From NCBI GenBank assembly GCA_035084275.1, contig CM068754.1, positions 8,370,001-8,434,000 of the forward strand: DNA of 64,000 bases, given 5' to 3'. The position numbers were made by a program, and so were the translations under genes. This DNA is from Hydrolagus colliei. Its lineage: Eukaryota. A model generated the notes under the pieces. That model made no database searches and had not been told where the DNA came from. It saw only the letters and a list, made by a program, of their open reading frames with translations. Below, one piece after another: positions 52,545 to 63,065 of this stretch. The number at the start of each line of letters is the position of its first letter. Within the stretch, counting starts at the first letter, position 1.

Positions 52545-53160
52545 TAACTCACTCAGTCTGTGTTGCGTTAGCTAACCACAAACAGGGTGGACCATGGGGT
52601 GCAATAACAAATTGCAATGATAAGAATGCTTTTCATGTCAGGAGGATGTCTCAAGGCAACAGAAGGCCTCAGCACCTCTGGGTTACGGAGAGGAGTAAAT
52701 ATAAACTAGGATTTCATCCCTGATTGCTATCCAGCGACTACCCTGCTGTGACTACCCTGAAGGTGCTGTGGGTGTGTGCGTTTGTGTGTGTTGCACTGTG
52801 CAGGTCAGGTGAGCTGCAATGCCCTTGTGGTGGAATAACCCACCAGAACATAAGAGTCTTGCACACCAATAACTACTCAAGCAAGGAAGTTAAGGGCAAC
52901 GGACGCCAGCATCATACAACAGCTTTTTATTTCTTGCTTAGTCCAGGGTCAGTGTGGCCAAATGTAGAAACTCATACTATCACCTATTTTCAGCTGAAGA
53001 GCATATAGCCTGGGTTTCTGCTCTTTGATTGCTATTTACTGACCTCAGTCAGAACGTGCGATGCAGCTAGACATTGGATGAGAAATGGGAATAGGTTTGG
53101 CCAAAACACCTTCTGCAACCGAGGAACCTGCTGGTACTCACTTTTTAGGCTAACACATGA
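52545..53160 (+). mobile_element. Two tandem copies of an ancient SINE-like repeat (52545-52920, interrupted by an L2-type tail at ~52605-52660; 53005-53160)
   Basis: Shared motifs (C/T)TGATTGCTAT and downstream blocks between the two copies and with 2380, 6400 and 28460. Confidence 0.55.
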
Positions 53161-54106
53161 TAGCATTTCATTGCATTACATTATTTGGTGCTTGTTTTAC
53201 CACCGCGCCAAATACTGTATTTCTTTTTCCCCTTGAAAGCACTGTCGTGTAACAATTTTCAATAGTAATATTCTTAGAAAGGTAAAATACCAACCAGAGG
53301 AAGACCTGCTGAGTTTTGCCATTCAGAGAGCCATACAGTAAAGAGTAGACGAGGGAGGGCAATGTCTGTACACCAGGGTCTGGTTTATGTTGATGGCTCA
53401 GAAAGCTTGTTTCTACATGTGCTTCTCTCTTCTTGTTGTTATGATGCACTGGAAAGAGATGTCTGAGTTGTCTTCTCCGGAGATGAAATGGGGGGCATTG
53501 TGTGGGGTGAAGAGAGTTCAGGAGGAACGTTTTACAAAACCGTTGTACCCTACAACACAAAAAAACATTGCTTGGCACCAAACTGGGCAAAGGACGGAGC
53601 TGGGAATGTGGGATTCTTTCCCAGAAGCTGTGCTTTAAGCAGAAATCATCAACCATTAAAGTGGAAACTTGATTCATACGTGAGCAAGAAGGGAAGACAT
53701 GGGGACAGGTGGAGACTCATTTGGAATACAAACAGCAGCATAGACTCGTTAGGCTGAATGATCTGTTTTGTTGCTTGATTTGTGCAACTAATAGCAATAA
53801 TAATCTTTGCATTATCACATCTTCTAGATGGCTCAAAGCACTTCACTGAATATACGGTAAACTGAATTGACTGCATATTGTCTGTAGCTTTGTTCACGTA
53901 ATCAAAACGGATTTAAGTGAAATGATGTGGAGAATCTCTTAGCAAAACCTTGCCAGCTTGGAGCAAATGGAACCTAACAGCTCGTGCACTCTCCAGCTCA
54001 TTGGAGCAAATGGTGGATGTATGTTTCAACATGCGGCTATGTTATTAGCCAGCATTTATCTGATGTATTATTTCATGGCAAAATTGAAGAAATGGGTGGC
54101 TATAAG

Positions 54107-54588
54107 CGTTAGAGAAAAAGGGAATTAAGATTATAATATTTAGGAAATGTACAGAACAAAAGGGGTTCAAACAGAAAGCTTCATGGTGCACGTGCAGAAA
54201 AGCATGTGAGACTAACAAAACTCGGAAAACAAGATAAAATCACACCCACAATTAACACCTGCTTAGACATCTGTGTCAGCAGTCTCCAACCCAGAGCATT
54301 GACTAACAAAGGGGGTCAATGTACAGATAAGAGATGTGTGAAGTGAATGTGATTGAAAGGAGGTAAATCCTCCCACATGGAATGTAAAGGATAAATACAG
54401 ATGTTACCTAAGTGACGGGGTCGTTAGCTTGGTGAAGCTTCGACCCTATCCCTGTACCAGACTGAGCGACTGGTTCAGAGGTAGATAATAAATGTACTTG
54501 GAGTAACTAAACGTTTTGAGGTATATTTATTGTATATGTGTATGAATGAGTTTTAGGAGAAGGACCTATAAACAAAATATACCTAACA
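54107..54588 (+). repeat. 5' LTR (482 bp)
   Basis: CGTTAG...CTAACA (terminal TG mutated to CG); TATA-like ATAAATA at 54391, AATAAA at 54487; ~7 substitutions and 1 indel vs the 3' LTR by eye. Confidence 0.96.
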
Positions 54589-54589
54589 T

Positions 54590-54607
54590 TGGGGGCTCGT
54601 CCGGGAT
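54590..54607 (+). promoter_or_regulatory. Primer binding site, tRNA-Pro
   Basis: TGGGGGCTCGTCCGGGAT, identical to the MLV tRNA-Pro PBS, 1 nt after the LTR end. Confidence 0.95.
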
Positions 54608-54754
54608 CTCAACATCTTACGCCTTAGGGTGAGTATAGTCAGGTCAGAGGGAATCGGACACCGAGGATCGAGAAGGATCTAGAAGTCGGTACGTAGAGGT
54701 CGAGACTGATTCACCGAGGAAAGGGTAAGTGACGAGATCATTTGAATCTTAAAG

Positions 54755-56173
54755 ATGGGATGTGTAGGTAGTAAAGGGGGCTGGTGTTGTAGTTGTTGTA
54801 AGAAAGAACCCCGTGAACCAATTAGTCGAAATGGAAAGGCTATGAACAAGGTAGTTCAGGGAAGCGGGGATTGGGAAAGTATGTGGAAATGTAAATTTGG
54901 ATTTGATGGGCGACTAAAGCCAGAAAGCACAAAATAATTATTGGACAGAATAAAAGAGAAGAGTGGAGATAATATTAAAAAGCAAAAAAAATACCATTAC
55001 GGTGAGGCACAGGTATGGCATTTAAGAGCTACAGGAAACCGACGATTGGGCGAACTAACGGAGGACAAAACAAAGATATTAGCCTATACAGAAAAAGAGG
55101 ATTTGGAAACCCCAGCCACTCGGCGCCAAGAAATCCCCGTTGCCCCACCGCCGTATCGGTCAGCACAACCCACGGCACCTTTAAATCACGCTTATGGTCC
55201 TAGGACACCTAAGAATGCTGACCAATACACCAGGTGGCTCCATAGTAATTATCAAAACAAACCCACACCCCCTAGTTCTCCTTTAAGTCAACTTAAGGAA
55301 GCAGATGAGAGAAAAGAAGGAAATTTTCCAATGATAGAAGTAGCAAATGGACAGGGGAATACACAGTATGTATATAGGGCTTGGGGAATGGAGGATGTAA
55401 AACGGGCAATGGTCGCTTGTCCTCACCCTAATCAAGGGGGAAACGAGTTTCAGGATTTTATGTATCAGACACTGGCAAGTTATAGGTTAAACAGCCTAGA
55501 AACAGAACAATGTATAAGAGAGGTTGTGCGCCAAGAATGGTGTCAAGTGGGAGGAAATTGGACAGCACTAAATAACGAGGGAGCGCCGAGACTGTATGTC
55601 CAGCCACCGGCAGCGGAAAACCGTCCTCAACATGAGTATTGGGGACCACTGGATCGATTGATGGGTAGAATAGCCGTATTTTATAGGGCGCGGTGCAATT
55701 ATTCCGCAATAATAGATTGTGTTCAAGCTAAGGATGAAACGAGTATGCAATACTATACACGACTACGGAGGGTATTTAATTCCAATAGTGGAATTGAACC
55801 ACCACAGCCGCATGATGATAACGGAGTGTGGGCACAGCAGATTAAGAATGCGTTCTTAGCTGGAATGGTACCTCACATTTCAAAATTGGTAAAACAGCAT
55901 TTAATAATGTGGAGTACGGGGCCACTCCAGCCAGTATTGGACTATGCCATCCACTTTGAGCGGATAACTAGGGAGGAGAAGAGAAATAACAAACACAGTG
56001 AGGGGTTTGTAGCGCAAGAAATGAACAAGAAACCATGGCAGGGTAATAAGGGGGAAAGGAAAGGGAAGCCCAGAAATGACAATGGGTGGGAGTGTTATAC
56101 CTGTGGGGAAATGGGACACTGGGCGAGAGACTGTCCAAACCGATATAGGTCCCAGAAACCAAAAGAGGAATGA
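54755..56173 (+). pseudogene. gag: Retroviral Gag (one in-frame TAA at 54935-54937)
   Basis: ORFs 54755 and 54941 share a frame; MGxxxS myristoylation motif, PPPY and PTAP late domains, MHR-like CVQAKDETSMQYYTRL, zinc knuckle CYTCGEMGHWARDC. Confidence 0.93.
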
Positions 56174-59100
56174 GAGGAGGAGGCATTGGATGCCCTGCCC
56201 ACTGCTCTATGGTCCCAGGGATCAGCCGATGTAGGGCTCATAAAAGGAGTCGAACCTATTAAAATTATACCAAAAGGGACACACCGCCCATACCAACGGC
56301 AGTATTCCATAAAACCAGAGGCCATTGAAGGAATTAAACCAATAATCAAAGAACTTAAGGAAAAAGGTATTATAATAAACTGTCCTGATTCCCCATGCAA
56401 CACCCCTCTACTTCCGGTAAAAAAGATTGCACCATCACAAGGGTGGCGATTAGTACAGGATTTACAAGCAGTAAATAAAGCAGTGATCCCCCGAACCCCA
56501 GTAGTACCAGATCCTAATACCTTGTTGAATGAATTACGAACAGATGCAGCTTGGTTCACTGTGATTGATTTAGCGAATGCTTTCTTCTCCATCCCCGTGG
56601 ATAAGGCCTCCCAATTTTGGTTCGCTTTCACGTTTTTGGGAAGAAAATATACGTACACCAGATGCCCACAGGGATTCATTGAATCCCCAGCCATATTCTC
56701 ACAATATATGGAAAGTAATCTGGCAAAGTTTGAACCTCCGGGAGGAAGTCAAATCCTGTTATACGTAGACGACATACTAATATGCTCTCCATCAAAGGAA
56801 ATTTGTCACCAGGATTCACTAGCTTGCCTATAATTTTTAGGAGAATGGGGCCATAAAGTAAGCCGAAATAAATTACAATACTGTTCACCTGTGGTCAAGT
56901 ATCTAGGCCATACAATCTCTAGAGAAGGAAAATCCTTACTAAAAGATAGAAAAATAGTAATAATGCAGGCCCCTCGGCCTGAAACTAAACAGCAGATGAT
57001 GTCGTTTTTAGGAATGACCAACTTCTGCCGAGCATGGATTTCCTCTTATGCGGAACTAACTCAGCCCTTGTTAGGGCTGATCTATGATACCCCTATGAAG
57101 GCACAAGATAAAATTAATTGGAATCCGGAGACCATAAAGGCATTCGAAATCATAAAAACCATCTTATCCGGAGCAGAGACGTTGGCGCATCCTGACCCCA
57201 CTAAACCATATACTCAAACAGTTTGCGTTAAAAATGGGTTTATGGCATCTGTCCTATTACAACCGTTTGGATCACGAATGCGGCCGGTTGCTTATTACTC
57301 GCACCGGTTGGATCCAGTCGCTCGGGGACTTCCCTGTTGTTTGCAGGCGGTCGAAGCAGTAGCACTGGCTGTTCGTGCCTCATTGCCCTTGGTATTATAC
57401 CAACCATTAATATTAGTCCCACACGCGGTTTCGAGCTTGCTGCTCCAAACTAAACATGCTTTCCTATCACCAGCGCGCCAACTATCATGTATAGCCACCT
57501 TGCTGACCTGTCCAAACTTAATTATTGAACGATGTACAGTCCTGAATCCAGCAACTTTGCTACCAGTGCCCTCTGAAGGTAGCCCGCATGACTGCCTAAC
57601 AAAAACCTCACAGTCAGTTGCGGCCCGAGTGGATTTGGCTGACACAAGCTTTGAAAACGCAGAAGTAACATATTTTGTGGATGGCTCGTGTAAAAAAGAT
57701 GCGCTGGGCCATTCCCAAAGCAGTTATGCTGTATGCACCCAGAGTACGGTGATTGAAGCGGCCAGGCTCCCAGCAGGATACTCGGCACAAATGGCTGAAC
57801 TTGTGGCGCTCACTCGAGCCTGCGCATTAGGACAAGGAAAAATTGTTAATATATATACAGATTTGCAATACGCCCACTCTACATGCCACGTATTTGCAGG
57901 ACAATGGCGAAACCGAGGCATGGTTACCTCCACAGGAAAGCCAATCTCCCATGCAGATTTAATTTTAAACCTAATTGATGCATTACAACTTCCGAAACAA
58001 TTGGCAACACTTAAATGTACTGCCCATACCTCTGCAAAGGACCCTGTGTCAAAAGGAAATGCCTTTGCAGATAAAACTGCCCAGGCAGTGCCATTCGCAG
58101 AAATACTCGTGTTGGAAACGCCGCCTTCTATTAATATAACAATGATTAAAACTATGCAGGATGAGGCAAGCACGCTTGAAAAACGTGCATGGCATAACAT
58201 GGGATGCACTAAAAAACCCTCGGAAATCTGGGTAGGGGCTACAGGATTACCTGTGTTGCCCCGATCATTGTTTCCTATTGCGGCAAAGTTGAGCCATGGC
58301 AAATGCCATGTCTCAAAAGGAGGGATGAGGACAATGATAGAGCAACAGTATACAACGTTCGGACTAACAATTTATCTACAAAAATTTTGTAGACAATGTA
58401 TCACTTGTCTCCGTAATAATCCACAAGGGCAAGCAAAATGCAAACAAGGGCAATTCCCGTCGGCAAATGAACCTTTTTCACATTGGATGATGGATTTTAT
58501 CCACCTAAACGTTTGTGAAGGAAAAAAATATTGCCTGGTTATGGTATGTCCTTTTTCTGGATGGGTGGAAGCATTTCCTACAGCCCATATAGACGCCTTG
58601 ACAGTCGCAAAAATATTGTGTAGATAAATAATACCACGATGGGGTATTCCGCGAGTCCTATATAGCGATAATGGACCCGAGTTTAAAAATGAGGTATTAA
58701 AACAGGTGGGCACACAATTGGGAATTATGTTAAAGAAGCATTGTGCATACCACCCCAAATCAGCGGGAACAGTTGAGTGACATAACGGTACTCTTAAAAA
58801 TAAGATAAAGAAAGCTATGGAAACAACTGGGAAAGGGTGGGTAGCTTGCCTGCCCCTGGCCCTGACTAGCATGAGAATCATGCCTGGGAGTAAGAAGCTA
58901 TCCCCATATGAGATAGTGATGGGGAGGGCTTATTATATGCCCCAATTGGGAGAGCGCACAATGTTAAAGGAAGCAGGACTGGCAGATTATATGTGAAAAT
59001 TGTTCGAAAATAAAACTGCCATGCGAAACGTATTACCTCCGCAGATTACGGGTGAGAGTACCGAGCCATGCCCACTACAACCGGGAGATTGGACTCTAGT

Positions 59101-59245
59101 GAAGGACATTAAGCGAAAACACTGGCATCAACCTAAGTGGATTGGACAGTACCAAGTGTTATTGACCACACCAACAGCGATAACAATTGCAGAACGAAAC
59201 ACCTGGGTACACGTTAACCACTGTAAGAAGACACCTTCGCCGTAA
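56174..59245 (+). pseudogene. pol: Retroviral Pol: RT, RNase H, integrase (no protease); in-frame stops at 56831, 58625, 58778, 58994
   Basis: RLVQDLQAVN, DLANAFFSIP, PQGF, YVDD; RNase H FVDGS/SAQMAELVAL/IYTD/GNAFAD; IN HHCC, MDFI, SDNG, TVE and a GPY/F-like WIGQYQVLLTT; one frame, continuous with gag. Confidence 0.95.
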
Positions 59246-59263
59246 GACGGACAACTATCAAGC

Positions 59264-59481
59264 ATGGCATGGCTATGGTTCCTCATCTTTGGACTATACA
59301 ATGGACTGATAAGTGGAACAGGGGAAAATACGTTTCTAATGGCTGTCCATAAATTGGCGCAGCGGGCTGATGACAGTAGGTGTTGGGTGTGTATCCAAAC
59401 ACCCCACAGCTATTAGCAATGACCGAAAACGATGGACTGGAGGATGATGAGGACACAGATGACTACTATTCTGACCCATAA
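59264..59481 (+). pseudogene. env: env remnant (signal peptide and CWVC motif joined to an acidic C-terminal stub)
   Basis: MAWLWFLIFGLYNGLISGTGENTFLMAVHKLAQRADDSRCWVCIQTPHSY* (59264-59416); in another frame QLLAMTENDGLEDDEDTDDYYSDP* (to 59481). Confidence 0.75.
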
Positions 59482-59591
59482 GATTGCAGGGTCATTTTGC
59501 CGTCTATGAGGGCGTTCTTTTTCAACTGTTAAAACAACAGCAAAAGGGGCCTGAGAACAGGGCAGCTGACGAAAGGATTTATAAATATTAT

Positions 59592-59603
59592 AAAAGGAGG
59601 GAA
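59592..59603 (+). promoter_or_regulatory. Polypurine tract
   Basis: AAAAGGAGGGAA immediately before the 3' LTR TG. Confidence 0.9.
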
Positions 59604-60086
59604 TGTTAGAGAAAAAGGGAATTAAGATTATAATATTTAGGAAATGTACAGAACAAAAGGGGTTCAAACAGAAAGCTTAATGGTGCACGTGCAGAAAAGC
59701 ATGTGAGACTAACAAAACTCGGAAAACAAGATAAAATCACACCCACAATTAACACCTGCTTAGTCCATCTGTGTCAGCAGTCTCAAACCCAGAGCATTGA
59801 CTAACAAAGGGGGTCAATGTACAGATAAGAGATGTGTGAAGTGAATGTGATTGAAAGGAGGTAAATCCTCCCACATGAAATGTAAAGGATAAATACAGAT
59901 GTTACCTAAGTGACGGAGTCGTTAGCTTGGTGAAGCTTCGACCCTATCCCTGTACCAGACTGAGCGACTGGTTCAGAGATAGATAATAAATGTACTTGGA
60001 GTAACTAAACGTTTTGAGGTATATTTATTGTATATGTGTATGAATGAGTTTTAGGAGAAGGACCTATAAACAAAATATACCTAACA
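59604..60086 (+). repeat. 3' LTR (483 bp)
   Basis: TGTTAG...CTAACA inverted termini; AATAAA at 59985. Confidence 0.96.
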
Positions 60087-61027
60087 ATAAGGTATGTGCT
60101 TGTCAATCTGTTTCGCTGAAGGAGGATTGCAAACCCATTGATTCAAAGGATGTTAATAGGCACTGTAGAGATGATTAACGTGGTCTGTGTTTTACAAACG
60201 AAGAACATGCCCTGACATTGACATTGATATTCCACCAATGTGGGAAATGAATGCACATACGGGAAGAATTGCAATTTTTTTTAATATGCCCTGAATATCT
60301 CACATTAGTTCCCTGTGGCAGTATTCTTCCGTAGAACTCCCCTATGGAATGTAGTGTCATGTCCGTGCTATGCTGTGGCTGGCACTGCACCTAATGAGAA
60401 CACTTTGTGCTAAAATGATTTCAGAGTCTCTGGAGATTCCAGTAGGCATAGTATCTGGGACCATCTGACGGTGTTTTAATGGGTTACAGAGACAGTTCAT
60501 CAGAAATGCGTTACATGGATCTCTCTCAAACACTGTGTGACCAATTCAAAAAAGACAATTCATTTCCGCTAAACTGGGTAAAGGGCAACACCGCATAATA
60601 TATATATTTTTAAAAACTACTGTAATCCCACCAAAAATACTCCATATGAAGAAATTGACATTTTTCACAGAAACGGGCATTTATTAGGTGCTTGGATTAT
60701 TCTTGATATGATCTGCAGTTTTTATGAGATTCCCTTGAGGTCACAGCAGAATGATTGGTTGAGTATTGCTGATCTATTACACTCATTTCGTTTTCAGAGT
60801 TTAAAATTCTGGAGCTGTGAAGCGTAAGATTTTGTATCAAGGCTGCAGTTAAACAGGTGACTTCATTTCCAAATGATTTGAACCAGAAACCAAGACTCAT
60901 TGCATTGTGGCCAGGATATAATTTGTGGTACACAAACTGATTTGGAGAATCTCTCTGTGGAAACCTGAAGAAGGTAGGTCACTTTCAGTTCAGATTTATC
61001 TTCAACCTGTTCAGGATTATCTTCATC

Positions 61028-61178
61028 ACTGCTGTGCGCAATTGGCTGCTGCGTTTTGCTCACCCAATACACAGTCAATTCACTTTACAATATATTCTGT
61101 GAAGCACTTGGAGACGTTTTGAAGATGTGATATGGTGCTGTATCAAACGCAAGGATTATTATGATTATTATTATTATT
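61028..61178 (+). mobile_element. SINE 3' half
   Basis: CTGCTGTGCGCAATTGGCTGCTGCG...GAAGCACTTGGAGACG...(ATT)n. Confidence 0.82.
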
Positions 61179-62614
61179 AACTGGAACCGACATGATTGTA
61201 CGATCTTAATAGAGATCATATCCTCATAACACTGCTCACATTAGACAACAGGTCCGTGATCAGTGTTCCAATACTCCCAGGATTGGAGACTAGATTTGTG
61301 TTCCTCTCTCATTTTCTCATCTAGCAGCATGACTGCTTCATTCCACCATTCTTGGCAATGCTAAAAACAGAAACTATTACCAGTTTCACTGCTGTGACAA
61401 AAAGACTCGTTTCCACTGATAACTGCTGTTGCATTTGGATTTGAGCAACATTGAAAGAAATAGCCATGAAGGCTCATCGATGTAATCACAGACATAGAAG
61501 AATTACTGGACACCGGCGGCAGGTGAGATGAAGACGATAGGCATTGCATTTACAAAGGACAATACACAATGTGTTCAGTCCAATTCCACAAGTAATTTGG
61601 AGCTTCACTTGTGGCAAGCACACAATGATTTAACTTGGAAAACTGAATGGTAGGAGGGCAGCCAGTAAGCACTGCCAAGACACTCCCTGATGGCAAACCA
61701 AATTGAAAGCAATTCAACCTAGGCCACTCATATGGAACCCACCAGCGGTGGTTCCTGGGCAGCTTAGGCAGACAGAGAGAGAGGGGGAGGGCGTAGCAGC
61801 CCTGGGACATGCTGCTTATTTGTCTTTGGTGTGCAATGAAAAAGAAACACATTTTACAACTATAGTAAATAGTTGAAGTATAACTTAATTCAAAGAGTTA
61901 CTGCTTCAGTGTTACCACTGATAATCAGTACTTTATAGCTCTTTTGATGACACTTAAAGTCTATTATAAGAACAGAATTAATATAAAATAATATAAGGAT
62001 GTGTACTTCCAGTAAATGACAACACAGATTAACCTCGACAAGAATGTCCCCTTACATAGTACCTTTCATGTCAAGGGGAAGCTCAACAAGTTATAATATA
62101 TATATAATCCTCGCATTTGATATAACACCTTATCACATCTTCGTTATGTCTCAAAACCCTTCACAGTGTCAAGTGTAAAGGGCATTCATTGTATATTTTG
62201 TCAAGCTTCAAACAATTGGCTGAGTGCCAAGTAAAAGAGAGGGTAGTGGAGATGCGGAAGCAATGCCTGGGTAAGACGGGAAGAACCAACATTTCAGTCA
62301 AAAGGATAGATGGAAATGTGCTCATGCATTAATTTTCAGGCAACATTGACTGGCTCAGAGAATGTTTCACGGCTGTAACCTGCTGAATAGGTTGATGAAC
62401 TTACTAACTAAAGAGCATAAGAGAGGACTGGAACCTAATAATATTCTCAGGCAGCTTCATATATATTCTTGTTACCACTTCCAAAAGTCCATTTGAGTTT
62501 TGCCAACGCCCTTAATCTCCGTTACCATCTGTAAAGATGGTAAGCCTTTCCTGATTGTAATTCTTTTAAGTTTCCTGAAAGTGTCCAGAATTGTCAGCAT
62601 GGTATATAATAAAA

Positions 62615-63065
62615 ATTCTTGCTTTTCATATAACACATTTAGAGTGCTCCACAGAGTTTTCTATAAAGTGTAGCAATTTGTATTTAGACTATGTATTTAA
62701 TAAAACACAACAGCTAATTTGCACACAGTAGTGTTCCATAAATAGCAGTGAAATGAATGACAAGTTTTATTCAAGGGATTGTTAACCAGAACACAAATAG
62801 TTTTTGGTCCTGAACCCCTCTCATTCTGCTCTCTTCGTGTAGGCTTTCAGTTAGCTGTGTGAAGAAATTTAAGATTCCCCTTGATGTGAATCACATTAAA
62901 GCGTAAAAATGTGTAAAAAAAAAAACTCCCTTATTTTTCAAATAATATAACATCCACCTGAACAGGCAAAAAGGACATCAGTTTTGCATCTCATCCGAAG
63001 GCAGCAACTCCAAAGGATGCAGCACACACCCAGCATTGCATTGGAATATCAGCATTGACAATGGA
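62615..63065 (-). mobile_element. Old Deu-domain SINE (SacSINE1/AmnSINE1-like), interrupted
   Basis: ACATCCACCTGAACAGGC...CATCTCATCCGAAGGCAGCAACTCC...GCAGCAC...GCATTGCATTGGAATATCAGC resembles the reverse complement of the recalled Deu domain; 3' part resembles the young SINE body. Confidence 0.55.

Larger units (their letters stand above)
54107..60086 (+). mobile_element. Class I (gamma/epsilon-like) endogenous retrovirus, two LTRs, defective, lacking protease and most of env
   Basis: Paired LTRs, 5-bp TSD ATAAG (54102-54106, 60087-60091), PBS-Pro, gag, RT-RNaseH-IN, env stub, PPT. Confidence 0.97.

Noticed and set aside
53168-53757. Overlapping ORFs upstream of the ERV, faintly like a Tx1/L1 C-terminus
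   Set aside because: Outside the TSD so not part of the provirus; similarity too weak to call
56095-58881. Antisense ORFs within pol (up to 199 aa)
   Set aside because: Expected shadow ORFs of a coding strand; no independent motifs
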